A stretch of 32,000 bases of DNA from an uncultured Nitrososphaerota archaeon (lineage in GTDB: Archaea; Thermoproteota; Nitrososphaeria; Nitrososphaerales; Gagatemarchaeaceae). Location: positions 462,605 to 494,604 of the forward strand of contig CAVRAG010000008.1 of the NCBI GenBank assembly GCA_963718895.1, in the 5' to 3' direction. The notes beneath the pieces are model-generated. The model was not told the origin of the DNA, did not search any database, and saw only the letters and a program-made list of their open reading frames with translations. Positions 19,057 through 28,246 of the stretch are shown piece by piece. The stretch's first letter is position 1, and each line of letters starts with the position of its first letter. The translations under genes and the position numbers were made by a program.

Positions 19057-19287
19057 ATGCCAAAGAAGTTCAAGCGCGGCGATCACGTTGAATGGAACTC
19101 AGAAGCTGGGAGGGTTCGCGGCGTAATCATAAGGAAGATCACTTCTGATGTACGGGTCGAAGGGTATGTACATCATGCCTCCGAAGACGAACCACAGTAC
19201 TTCATCAAGAGCGACACGACCGAGCACGTGGCAATTCACAAAGGCGAGACGCTAAAACTTCTAAAGGCAACGAAGAAGAATCACTGA
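19057..19287 (+). CDS. DUF2945 / HVA1-type small protein
   Basis: FKRGDHVEWNSEAGRVRGVIIRKITSDVRVEGYVHHASEDEPQYFIKSDTTEHVAIHKGETLKLL. Confidence 0.8.
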   Translation: MPKKFKRGDHVEWNSEAGRVRGVIIRKITSDVRVEGYVHHASEDEPQYFIKSDTTEHVAIHKGETLKLLKATKKNH

Positions 19288-19479
19288 CAGAGTGAAAGGG
19301 GATTACGCGAAGGGGACAAAGGTGGAAGTATGGTTGCCAAAAGCATCTTGATCGTTCGACAGGTCTACCCACCAGTTCCGCTCCTTGGACAAATTCGACC
19401 AGAGATTCTTCAGGAAAACAAATCGGATAGGACGGAACACCTGTCTTTCAAATGACCAACGCGAGATAGGCAAGCAGGA

Positions 19480-19780
19480 CAGCGAGAGCATAGCGATTGT
19501 GGATGATGAGGAGTAGCTGTGCTCGTTGTTTGCAATACTGGTTAGGAGTAGGGGATATCATTCGGAGTGTGTGCCACTGACTGGGATGAGATTGTTCAGC
19601 TTGAGCTGGAAGATACCACCCATCCGGACCTGATACTTATGGACCACCGCATGCCTACGATGAACGGCATGCAGGCAGCTGAGAGGATTCTGCGCGTCAG
19701 GCCTGAGATGAAGATAGTCATCGCCACGGGGACGGGACGGTCAGGCCTTATTCGTGTGGCTTCCTTAGGTCTTCGACCGC
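19480..19780 (+). pseudogene. decayed CheY-like response-regulator receiver domain
   Basis: ESIAIVDDEE-TAG-LCSLFAILVRSRGYHSECV, then a frame change to VCATDWDEIVQLELEDTTHPDLILMDHRMPTMNGMQAAERILRVRPEMKIVIATGTG. Boundaries approximate. Confidence 0.75.
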
Positions 19781-20003
19781 CTGCATCAGTTCTTTCCGCC
19801 CATGTTCCTGGGGGTTTTCTCCCATTTACCAGCTGGCATCGGACTCAGGGGAGGCGGGCCCGACGGGAACCGCCCGGTTTACTTTCTGATCTGGAATTGA
19901 ATTGTAACTCTTGATGGGGCCAGTGAGCTTCGACCAATACACCTTCGATCGATGGATTTGAGTGAACTCGGCAATCGGCATCCGAGCCTTAGAGACCAAC
20001 TAT

Positions 20004-20372
20004 TCAGGGTACGAATTCCACGCCGGGCAATTCCTTGAATGCCTCATCCCCTGTGAGGAATTTCAGACCTTCTTTCTTAGAAATGTAATACCCCAATGCA
20101 TCAGCGTAGGACAACTCAAGATTTTTCAGTTCATGTCGCAGCTTCATGGCAGCTTCAATGTCGGAAAACGAAAAGTCGATTTCGTATACCGAATAGGCTT
20201 CTACGACTTCGTGAGCCGCGCTCTCTCCATGGGTCCTCAAAATGGCGTAACATATCTCCATCAAGTTCAATCTGGTGAGGACGCCTGTGTTCTTCTCGAA
20301 GTAGCCGGCATATCCGCGTCTGTCGCTTAGATAGGCGAGTACGCTGTAGCTGTCGTAGAAGTACCTAGCCAC
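20004..20372 (-). CDS. vapC: PIN-domain ribonuclease toxin (VapC-like)
   Basis: FYDSYSVLAYLSDRRG ... LTRLNLMEICYAILR ... LELSYADALGYYISKKEGLKFLTGDEAFKEL. Confidence 0.82.
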   Translation of the reverse strand: MARYFYDSYSVLAYLSDRRGYAGYFEKNTGVLTRLNLMEICYAILRTHGESAAHEVVEAYSVYEIDFSFSDIEAAMKLRHELKNLELSYADALGYYISKKEGLKFLTGDEAFKELPGVEFVP

Positions 20373-20580
20373 GCCAACCCTTCCTCATCTCTTCCTTGGC
20401 GGCTTGAAGATTCTCGACTGGGTATTTCCCCTTGAGCTCCGTAACATCACTCAGCTTTGTAAGCCGTAACTCAACCTCCTCTCCCACGTGCAACCCGTTT
20501 TTTTCCGCAGCCTCCTTCGGGATGACTACTCCGAGCGAGTTTCCCCACTTCTTGAGCCGAGCTTTTGCCTGCACGACCAT
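20365..20580 (-). CDS. SpoVT/AbrB-fold antitoxin
   Basis: MVVQAKARLKKWGNSLGVVIPKEAAEKNGLHVGEEVELRL; 8 bp overlap with the PIN toxin gene. Start moved from 20601 to ATG 20580. Confidence 0.8.
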   Translation of the reverse strand: MVVQAKARLKKWGNSLGVVIPKEAAEKNGLHVGEEVELRLTKLSDVTELKGKYPVENLQAAKEEMRKGWRG

Positions 20581-20583
20581 AGT

Positions 20584-20597
20584 TATACATGTATAAT
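20584..20597. promoter_or_regulatory. candidate toxin-antitoxin operator
   Basis: Perfect 14 bp palindrome TTATACATGTATAA, 4 nt upstream of the antitoxin start codon. Confidence 0.6.
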
Positions 20598-20788
20598 TCA
20601 ACTAGTTAAGGTTTCCGATGTAAGTGCTCTTAATCGGTGGGGCCGGCGGGATTTGAACATTCAATCGCCCCAAGATAACTGGACTTTCGCGGATGCGCGG
20701 GTCTCAACTGCGAGGGAATCTTTCGGGATGGCTTGTCGAGCCCCGGAAGGAAAAGGGAAGGGCGAGAAGATCGCCGTGCTGGGGTGGC

Positions 20789-20932
20789 TACTTCCCCAGT
20801 ATCTTGAAGAGCTTGGCGCCGCACGAGGGGCACGTCCCCTGCATGACCCTCCGGCCGTTCTTAAGCCGCACTTCCGGGGGCGAGATCATTCTCCCTCTTT
20901 GTCCTCTCCTTCGCGCAGAATGCTTCGGTCAT
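20789..20932 (-). pseudogene. possible decayed DUF5679-like small zinc-ribbon protein
   Basis: MTEAFCAKERTKREND... in one frame, then VRLKNGRRVMQGTCPSCGAKLFKILGK in another; an N-terminal Cys also appears to be missing. Confidence 0.4.
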
Positions 20933-21089
20933 GCGCCAGAGGTCTTCCATGATGAATAGACGTCAGTGGGGCGAACTGATTCCACTCATGCCTCACCACG
21001 GATTGGCTGAGTGAGAGGAGGGGGACCAAGAGGGGGGAGTGAACGACGAACCACTCGCAACAAACGGATAAAGCGAAGCCGACAGGCGC

Positions 21090-22970
21090 ATGCGTGAGCC
21101 AATGTCAGCTACAGGTCTGTCGCCATCAGGGGCAACGATGGAGCGTGGCGATTTACTCGAGCTTGCTGCTCGCCTCGGAATCAACCTCCAGACCCTCTCC
21201 GAAGAGAAGGTCCGGGATCTGCTGGGGAGAGTCAGGGTTGCCGATATCGACGGCTTCGCCGAGATAGCTGCGACAGAGAAGAAGAAGGCGTACCTGCTCA
21301 TCCGCGCTTATGCCGAAAAGGCATCGGGTGTCCAGGAGAGGAAGGCTCTCAGGACGCCGGACGCGAGAAAACTCGCCCGGGACATACTCTCGCTCTTTTC
21401 GGAGCACACCTCGTCCAAGCTTGCCAGGAACAGATTCTCACTCCGTACACCGGCCCTTGACAGGGAGACGATCCAGGGCAGGCTGAGTGCATGCCTGACG
21501 GGAATGGATATCCTGAGGGAACTGAGGCAGCGAGGAAAGCGAGATGAGCTGGGGAAGGTGCTCGCGGAGGTTTCCTTTGACGTTCCCTCTGGAAAGAAAC
21601 CGTCTTCGAGGACGGAGTCTGACACCTTGGATTACTTCATGTCACGGAGGCGCATGATCAAGGCGGCTCATTCGATTCTTGCAAACTTCGATGAGGTTCG
21701 GACGCTGAGCTCGTTCTTCAAGAACACGGATAGGAAGGTTCTGGAGAACGTGATGAAGACGCTTGAGGAACGTGACAGCGAGGAGGTTCAGGATGCGGAT
21801 GGAGTCCTCTCCGACGCGGAGATTCTGATCAACGAGAAGTTCCGGAAGGGAGGGGTTGACGAGGAGAGGGCGAGAAGGATAGTCGAAGAGCAGCTCGAGG
21901 AGGTAGTCAGTACGCTCAGGATGAATTCGGAGGAGGAGAACGAGGTCAGAAGGGCGGCGCTGGAGGGGCTGTCGATTCCCTTCGAGTTCGAGAGGATCGG
22001 GAGGCGAAGGGTCATCGAGGAATGGGAGGGAAGGCAGGAGAAGGAGAGAGCAGCCAAGCTGGCCAGGACAGAGTCGCTTCTGAAGCAGCACTGGGCCGCG
22101 GTGGATGATGCTGTTGAGAGGGCAATCTCTCTAGACCAGTTGCTGGCGATAGCGTCACTGATGGAAGAGTACGGCCTCACGATCCCCACGATTGGGAGCG
22201 AGGGCATAGCCTTCGTAAACGGCCGCGGCCTCTTCCTGATGAAGGACCGGCTGGAAGGCGGAAGCGGGGCGGTCGTCCAGCCCGTCAGCTACGCGCTTGG
22301 CAGGACGAGGTCGACGAAGGTGGTGGTAGCGGCCAAGCCCAGGAACGTCGTCATGCTAACGGGAGCGAACAGCGGTGGGAAGACTACCCTTCTCACGACC
22401 CTCGCCTCGATTCACATCCTCACGCTCCTCGGCCTGCCGGTTCCCTGCGAAAGGGCCGAGGTCGTCCCAGTTCCCATCTATCTGTTCAGGAGGAGGGTGA
22501 CGCGGAAGATAGGGAGCCTCGAGCAGGCCCTGAGCTCGCTCATCCCTATCTTCGCCGACAGGCACCGAAAGCTCGTGCTCATGGACGAGTTCGAGGCCCT
22601 GACCGAGCCCGGAGCTGCCGGCAGGATCCTGGCGGGGATAATCAACGCGGTGGCGACGGGCAGCAGCCTCCTTCTTCTCGTGACGCACCTTGCCCGGGAG
22701 ACTCTTCCTCATGTGAGGCTTCCCATCAGGGTCGACGGGATAGAGGCGGAGGGCCTTGACAAAGACGGAGAGCTCATCGTCGACAGGCAGCCAAAGTTCA
22801 ACCACATCGGGTCGAGCACGCCGAAGCTGATCATCATGAAGCTCTCGAAGAGTGCGAAGACGGGTGACAAGGCGCTGTATGGCGATATTCTGAACTCGCT
22901 TGAGGGTGAGTCGAGCATGCCGGTGCAAACGCCGTTGAACTTGCCTTGGCTCTCCAAAGAGGACGCTTAG
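21090..22970 (+). CDS. MutS-family ATPase domain protein (MutS2-like)
   Basis: Walker A VMLTGANSGGKTTLLTTLA, Walker B-like KLVLMDEFEALTEPG, LLLLVTHLA; 626 aa. Confidence 0.85.
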   Translation: MREPMSATGLSPSGATMERGDLLELAARLGINLQTLSEEKVRDLLGRVRVADIDGFAEIAATEKKKAYLLIRAYAEKASGVQERKALRTPDARKLARDILSLFSEHTSSKLARNRFSLRTPALDRETIQGRLSACLTGMDILRELRQRGKRDELGKVLAEVSFDVPSGKKPSSRTESDTLDYFMSRRRMIKAAHSILANFDEVRTLSSFFKNTDRKVLENVMKTLEERDSEEVQDADGVLSDAEILINEKFRKGGVDEERARRIVEEQLEEVVSTLRMNSEEENEVRRAALEGLSIPFEFERIGRRRVIEEWEGRQEKERAAKLARTESLLKQHWAAVDDAVERAISLDQLLAIASLMEEYGLTIPTIGSEGIAFVNGRGLFLMKDRLEGGSGAVVQPVSYALGRTRSTKVVVAAKPRNVVMLTGANSGGKTTLLTTLASIHILTLLGLPVPCERAEVVPVPIYLFRRRVTRKIGSLEQALSSLIPIFADRHRKLVLMDEFEALTEPGAAGRILAGIINAVATGSSLLLLVTHLARETLPHVRLPIRVDGIEAEGLDKDGELIVDRQPKFNHIGSSTPKLIIMKLSKSAKTGDKALYGDILNSLEGESSMPVQTPLNLPWLSKEDA

Positions 22971-23148
22971 AAATGGGAGTTCTGACTGCTCCAGCTTCAG
23001 GCGGCGGTAGTTCAGCAGATTGATGGCACTGGTTGACCATACGCGAATTCTCTTGCCTTCCTTACGAATTCGCCTATCTCCTTGTTCCTGCCATTCTCGT
23101 AGTCGCGCGGTCGCAACCACGACGCAGCTGTTCTAGGTCGCGCCCGCC

Positions 23149-23298
23149 TTACTTCGGATGGCCGTACTTGTGCGGGTCCTTGTCGAAGGCTGTCTTGCAG
23201 CTCGCCGAGCAGAAGTAGAAGGTCTTGCCCTCGTGCTCCGACTTCAGCTTCGTCTTCTTCTCGTCCACCGTCATTCCACACACAGGGTCTTTCATCAT
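23149..23298 (-). CDS. small YHS-domain metal-binding protein
   Basis: MMKDPVCGMTVDEKKTKLKSEHEGKTFYFCSASCKTAFDKDPHKYGHPK. The longer ORF starts at 23337. Confidence 0.85.
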   Translation of the reverse strand: MMKDPVCGMTVDEKKTKLKSEHEGKTFYFCSASCKTAFDKDPHKYGHPK

Positions 23299-23344
23299 TG
23301 TTTTCTCAACGGAGTGTAGGATTCCTTCCTTTATCAAAACTCCT

Positions 23345-23353
23345 CTTTACGAA
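23345..23353 (-). promoter_or_regulatory. candidate copper-regulon motif upstream of the YHS gene
   Basis: TTCGTAAAG on the - strand, 5 bp upstream of TTTTGATAA; overlaps the regulator start codon. Confidence 0.4.
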
Positions 23354-24018
23354 TGTCAAGCTTTTTATTCCTGCGGTCTCTCGTACATCACCTGAAACCC
23401 GACGCTATCGATACCAGGATACTCGAGGTTCTGATGGATGACGGGCGAGCCTCGTTCAGGCAGATAGCTCAGAGGACCTCCCTCACCACCCCGACAGTCT
23501 CGTCCCGAGTCGCAAGAATGACTAGGGCCGGTCTAATCAAGAAATTCATCCCCTTACTCTCGGGAGATTCGGTCAACCGCGGGGTCACGACCCTGTTGAC
23601 GCTGAAGGTAGGTTCCGCTTCGGTTCAGAGGCTCGCCGAGGACCTGGCGAAGATACGAGAGGTGGAGGCTGTCTACATGACGACGGGACAAAGCATCACG
23701 CTGAAGGTTACCCTGGACAGCGTCCAGAGTCTGCAGTCCTTCCTAGCTCAGAACGTCTTGAAGAAGCGGGGCGTCGAGGTGACATCGAGCCAGATAATCA
23801 CGAGCACGGTGAAGGAAGAGCCTCCTTCTTTCCTTCCGAGCACGCTTGTCATGAACCTGAAGTGCGACTACTGCGGAGGAGACGTGACGAGCAGCCGCCC
23901 CTACACCATCTCGGTGGGCCCCTCACACTACTACTTCTGCTGCAAGACATGCAGGAAGGACTATCTCGGGGAGCACAGTAAGAGGCTTGCGAAGATTACA
24001 CGCAAGCTCGAGTCATGA
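23353..24018 (+). CDS. Lrp/AsnC-type HTH regulator with C-terminal TRASH domain (copper-responsive regulator candidate)
   Basis: DTRILEVLMDDGRASFRQIAQRTSLTTPTVSSRVARMTRAGLI and CDYCGGDVTSSRPYTISVGPSHYYFCCKTCRKDY. Confidence 0.88.
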   Translation: MSSFLFLRSLVHHLKPDAIDTRILEVLMDDGRASFRQIAQRTSLTTPTVSSRVARMTRAGLIKKFIPLLSGDSVNRGVTTLLTLKVGSASVQRLAEDLAKIREVEAVYMTTGQSITLKVTLDSVQSLQSFLAQNVLKKRGVEVTSSQIITSTVKEEPPSFLPSTLVMNLKCDYCGGDVTSSRPYTISVGPSHYYFCCKTCRKDYLGEHSKRLAKITRKLES

Positions 24019-24029
24019 TGGGCTTAACG

Positions 24030-24038
24030 TTCGTAAAG
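24030..24038 (+). promoter_or_regulatory. candidate copper-regulon motif upstream of copA
   Basis: TTCGTAAAG, 7 bp upstream of TTTAAG TATA-like element; the identical 9-mer is upstream of the divergent YHS gene (23345-23353). Confidence 0.4.
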
Positions 24039-24076
24039 ACGCGGGTTTAAGACAGCGGATCCGGTCGTGAAGTTTC

Positions 24077-26176
24077 ATGGCGTCGGACCCGATCTGCGGA
24101 ATGTACGTCGACGAGGCCACCGCCGAGCTGAAGGCGGAGGTCAGGGGGGTCACGTACTACTTCTGCAGCGAGTCCTGCATGCACGAGTTCCTGGCCCCGG
24201 AGAAGGAGCTCCGGAAGCTCAAGATCGAAGTTCTCGCCTCGGCGCTTCTCTCTATCCCGATACTCCTCTTCACCTATGTCTCTCCCCTCTCAACGCAGTC
24301 CTCCAGTTACATCCTCTTCGCGCTCGACACACCCATCCAGTTCATCGTCGGATGGAGGTTCTACCGCGGAGTCTACGACAGCGTCAGGAGCAGGATGGGG
24401 AACATGGACGTCCTGATCGCGCTAGGCACGTCTGCGGCGTGGGCCTACTCGACCGTTGTCACCTTCGGCCCCGGGTTCTTCCCCTCCTCCGGCGTCTACT
24501 TCGACACTTCCGCGATCATCATCACCCTGATTCTGACTGGCCGGTATCTCGAGCACGTGACGAAGAGCAGGGCCTCCGCAGCGGTGAGGAAGCTAGTCGA
24601 CCTCCAACCGACCGTGGCTCACAGAATCGACGGGAGGGGTGCGGAGGTCGACGTTCCAATAGAGCAGGTCGAGGTCGGAGACGGTTTGGTCGTAAGACCT
24701 GGGGAGAAGATCCCCGTGGACGCGATTATCGTAGAGGGAAGGTCGGCCATCGACGAGTCCATGATCACGGGCGAGAGCATACCCGCCGAGAAGTCGGCAG
24801 GAGACGAGGTCATAGGAGCGACGATCAACAGGTCTGGGCTGCTGAAGCTGAAAGCGGAGAAGGTGGGCCAGGACACCGCGCTATCTCAGATAGTCAAGCT
24901 CGTCGAGGAGGCTCAGGCCGGAAAAGCGCCCATTCAGAGGCTCGCAGATAGGATCGCTTCATATTTCGTTCCCGTAGTCGTAGCGGCCGCTACCGTCGCC
25001 AGCCTATCCTGGTACTTCTTCGGCCACATAGGGTTCGGCTTCTCCATGCTCGTCTTCGTCTCGGTCGTGGTGATATCTTGCCCGTGTGCACTCGGCATCG
25101 CTACTCCAGCAGCTCTCCTAGTGGGTACGAGCAAGGGCGCGCAGAGCGGCGTTCTGATCAAAGGAGGCGAGTACCTAGAGCTCGCCAGCAAGGTCGACAT
25201 CGTCATATTCGACAAGACGGGGACGCTCACCGTTGGGAAACCCTCGGTCACCGATGTCATCCCCGTCGATACTCTCAGTTCGGACGAACTTCTGAGATTT
25301 GCGGCCTCGGTCGAGAAGGGTTCCGAACACCCGCTGGGTCAGGCCATCGTCAACGAGGCGAAGAGCCGCTCCATCGGTCTGTCTGACCCGCAGGACTTCG
25401 AGGCGGTCGCTGGAAAGGGTGTCAAGGCCAGGGTGGACGGCAGAGTAGTTCTGCTGGGAAACAGGCGACTCATCACAGAGAGCGGTGGAGACCTCTCGGC
25501 GGCGGAGTCGGAAATCAGCAAACTGGAAGATGAAGGAAAGACCGCCATGATTGTCTCTCTGGATGGGAAGGTCGAAGGGGTCGTCGCGGCCGCGGATACG
25601 GTGAAGCCGTCGGCCAGGGCGACCGTGGACGCTCTGAAAGCCATGCGAGTTCAGGTCGTGATGCTGACTGGAGACAACTCCAGGACTGCGGCCGCAATCT
25701 CGCAGAAGATTGGCATCGACAAGTTCGTCGCCGAGGTTCTTCCGCAGCAGAAGGAGGAGAAGATAGAGGTCCTGCAGAAGGAGGGGAGGGTGGTCGCCAT
25801 GGTGGGGGACGGCATCAACGACGCGCCGGCGCTGGCCAGGGCTGACGTCGGGATAGCAATCGGCAGCGGAACCGACATCGCGAAGGAGACGGGCGGGATC
25901 GTGCTGATCAAGGACGACCTCCGGAACGTTGCGACCGCAATCAAACTCAGTCGGAAGACGCTCGCGAAGATCAAGCAGAACCTCTTCTGGGCCTTCGCGT
26001 ACAACGTGGTCCTGATACCCGTGGCAGCGGGGGCGCTCGTGCCGGCCTTCGGGGCCCAGGTCTACACGGTCCTCCCCTTCCTGGCGGCGGGTGCGATGGC
26101 AGTGAGCTCGGTAACGGTGCTAAGCAACTCGCTCCTGCTGTTCAGGTTCAAAGCGGATTTCGGTGAGAAAGCTTGA
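24077..26176 (+). CDS. copA: P1B-type Cu+ ATPase with N-terminal YHS domain
   Basis: [36 protein letters not shown]; [53 protein letters not shown]. Confidence 0.95.
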   Translation: MASDPICGMYVDEATAELKAEVRGVTYYFCSESCMHEFLAPEKELRKLKIEVLASALLSIPILLFTYVSPLSTQSSSYILFALDTPIQFIVGWRFYRGVYDSVRSRMGNMDVLIALGTSAAWAYSTVVTFGPGFFPSSGVYFDTSAIIITLILTGRYLEHVTKSRASAAVRKLVDLQPTVAHRIDGRGAEVDVPIEQVEVGDGLVVRPGEKIPVDAIIVEGRSAIDESMITGESIPAEKSAGDEVIGATINRSGLLKLKAEKVGQDTALSQIVKLVEEAQAGKAPIQRLADRIASYFVPVVVAAATVASLSWYFFGHIGFGFSMLVFVSVVVISCPCALGIATPAALLVGTSKGAQSGVLIKGGEYLELASKVDIVIFDKTGTLTVGKPSVTDVIPVDTLSSDELLRFAASVEKGSEHPLGQAIVNEAKSRSIGLSDPQDFEAVAGKGVKARVDGRVVLLGNRRLITESGGDLSAAESEISKLEDEGKTAMIVSLDGKVEGVVAAADTVKPSARATVDALKAMRVQVVMLTGDNSRTAAAISQKIGIDKFVAEVLPQQKEEKIEVLQKEGRVVAMVGDGINDAPALARADVGIAIGSGTDIAKETGGIVLIKDDLRNVATAIKLSRKTLAKIKQNLFWAFAYNVVLIPVAAGALVPAFGAQVYTVLPFLAAGAMAVSSVTVLSNSLLLFRFKADFGEKA

Positions 26177-26430
26177 GCCAGGAGAAGGCGGGGAAAGGCA
26201 AGAGAGCCGTATTCGCGGTGAGAAACATGGACTGCGCGACCTGCGGCCTCGCCCTGGAGAAGAAGTTGAGAAAGGTGGACGGCATCGAAGGCGTGGCTAG
26301 CGCCATCATGCTGAACAAGGTCTTCGTCGACTACGACGGGTCGAAGCTCGGCGTCAACGAGATCAAGAAGGCAATCAAGGAAGCAGGGTATGCCGGTTAC
26401 GTGACCAGCGATGGTAATAAAATGCGCTGA
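26173..26430 (+). CDS. copZ: HMA-domain copper chaperone
   Basis: [40 protein letters not shown]; overlaps the copA stop by 4 bp. Confidence 0.85.
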   Translation: MSQEKAGKGKRAVFAVRNMDCATCGLALEKKLRKVDGIEGVASAIMLNKVFVDYDGSKLGVNEIKKAIKEAGYAGYVTSDGNKMR

Positions 26431-26594
26431 CTGCGACTGCACCCCTCAGGAGTGCAGAACCGCGAGGTCAGCGCGTGATTGTCCTCGCTGCACCCGCGAA
26501 GTCTGCTGTTGCTGGGTAGGTTAGCTCGCCCGGCCGCCCGAATTAGGCAACCCAAAAAGAACCGAAGGCAGCCTCGCTCGAGAGATCGAGGCTG

Positions 26595-28076
26595 TCACGT
26601 CGTTACGATTGCTCCGTACATCCCGCTCTCGGCGTGCCCCGGATAGGTGCACAGGTACCAGAGGTTGGTGGCAGCGCTCGGGAGCGCGACCGTGTAGGAG
26701 TAGTAGGGCGCCCAACCCGCAGCGTAGTTCGCCGGGCTCAGCACGGGCATCATGTACAGGAAGTCACCGCCCCACATCATCCCCTGCATCATCATGTAGG
26801 GATATGGAGGGCTGAGTGTGGTCATGACCAGGTCGTGGTACATGTCGTCGTCGAGGTTGACCACGGTCATGTGGATGGTAGCTCCCTTGGGGACGTTGAG
26901 CGTGGGGTCGATAAGCCCGCCTATGACGAAGACGTCGTCCTTGGCGTAGGATGGCGGCTGCATGCCCGTCATGTTCGTCGCGTTGTCGGGCATTATGGCG
27001 AACGCTGTTATGTTGATGTTGTGCGAGGTGAAGGTTATCGAGTTGCTGCTCTGAGATACGGTCGCGCCCTCCGGCGCCGTCTTCAGTAGCGCCTCTGCAG
27101 CTGCGATGGACATCGTCCCGGGTGGAAGGCTCGTCGAGGTGGAGGTGGTGTGGGTGCTGGATGTCGTGCTGGAGGCGGCAGAGGTCGTGGACGTGCTTGT
27201 CTGGCTCGTCTTGATTGTACTGGTGCTCGAGGTCGTAGTACTGGTAGTGGTTCCGGTCGTCACGATCTCACCATACATGCCCCCCATGCCGTGGCCAGGA
27301 TACGTGCAGACGTACCAGAGGTTCGCGTAGCTCGGGATGGTTACTGTGTAGGAGTAGGTGAACGCCCATCCTGCGCCGTAGTTTGCGGGGCTGAGGACGG
27401 ACATCATGTACAGGAATCCCTGGAAGCCGCTGCCCCCCATCATCCCCGTTCCGTACCCGTTCCAAGTCATGTACTGGCTCATGTTGGAGGCGAAGGGCGG
27501 GCCCACCGTCGAGACCACTAGGTCGTTGTACACCGCGTTGTCCATGTTGACTATGGTGAAAGTCACCGCCGCGCCCGTCGGGATGTACAGCGTCGGGTCG
27601 ATCAGGCCGCCCATGACGAATACGTCGCCCTGAGCATACGAGGGTGGATGCATCCCGGTCGTACGAGTGGCGTTCTCCTGCGTGGTGGCGAAGGCCGTGA
27701 TGCTGATGCTAGACGAAGAGGTGAACGTTATCGAGTTGCTGCTCTGGGAGACGGCCGCGCCCGCGAGCGGAGACCCCATGAGCGCCATGGCCTCGCTGAT
27801 GGAGATGGACCCGCTCGGAAGACCAGTGGAGGTGCTGGAGCTGCTGGTCGTTGTTCCCGGGCTCGTTGAAGCCGTGCTCGTGCCAGATTGGGTGCTGCTG
27901 CCGGTCACTGTCTTTGTGCCGGCTCCTCCCAGACCATATGCGCCGTAAGCGGCGACCGCTGCGACCGCTATGATGACTATGACCACTATGGCGAAGATGG
28001 AGTTAGAAACTCCGGGCTTCCGCTTTTGCCTGAGAAGGCTCGGCCATGTCCTTGAGACTCCACTATTCAGGGCCAA
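26595..28076 (-). CDS. membrane-anchored protein with two tandem sulfocyanin-like cupredoxin domains
   Basis: N-terminal TM, Ser/Thr-rich linkers, and two about 170 aa repeats, each with GGLIDPT..IP.G, FLYMM.VLSPANY and W(Y)(V/L)CTYPGH...GMYG.IVTT. Confidence 0.88.
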   Translation of the reverse strand: MALNSGVSRTWPSLLRQKRKPGVSNSIFAIVVIVIIAVAAVAAYGAYGLGGAGTKTVTGSSTQSGTSTASTSPGTTTSSSSTSTGLPSGSISISEAMALMGSPLAGAAVSQSSNSITFTSSSSISITAFATTQENATRTTGMHPPSYAQGDVFVMGGLIDPTLYIPTGAAVTFTIVNMDNAVYNDLVVSTVGPPFASNMSQYMTWNGYGTGMMGGSGFQGFLYMMSVLSPANYGAGWAFTYSYTVTIPSYANLWYVCTYPGHGMGGMYGEIVTTGTTTSTTTSSTSTIKTSQTSTSTTSAASSTTSSTHTTSTSTSLPPGTMSIAAAEALLKTAPEGATVSQSSNSITFTSHNINITAFAIMPDNATNMTGMQPPSYAKDDVFVIGGLIDPTLNVPKGATIHMTVVNLDDDMYHDLVMTTLSPPYPYMMMQGMMWGGDFLYMMPVLSPANYAAGWAPYYSYTVALPSAATNLWYLCTYPGHAESGMYGAIVTT

Positions 28077-28246
28077 TTCCCCCTTCGCAGTCGTTGCTTA
28101 CTTCCTCACCGGACATTTCAACTCGTCTATCGCCGTGCAAAAAGGGGAGCGTTAAAGGGATTCCAGTGGTTCTCAACGTTGAGGACCGGCCCTCGGACGT
28201 AGCTGACGGACCCGATGTGTTGTCGACCACTCCGATCACTTCGCTT

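Noticed and set aside
22356-23120. 254 aa minus-strand ORF
   Set aside because: Antisense to the MutS-family ATPase domain; no recognisable motif.
24067-24951. 294 aa + strand ORF overlapping copA
   Set aside because: Shadow frame of the unmistakable CopA sequence; Arg/His/Gly-rich composition.
27100-27260. Ser/Thr low-complexity stretches that look like repeat DNA or a CRISPR-like array
   Set aside because: They encode the Ser/Thr linker between cupredoxin domains; no regular repeat-spacer periodicity.
26634-27869. Several + strand ORFs across the double cupredoxin gene
   Set aside because: Antisense to a well-supported TM plus cupredoxin gene; their apparent internal similarity only mirrors the real domain duplication.
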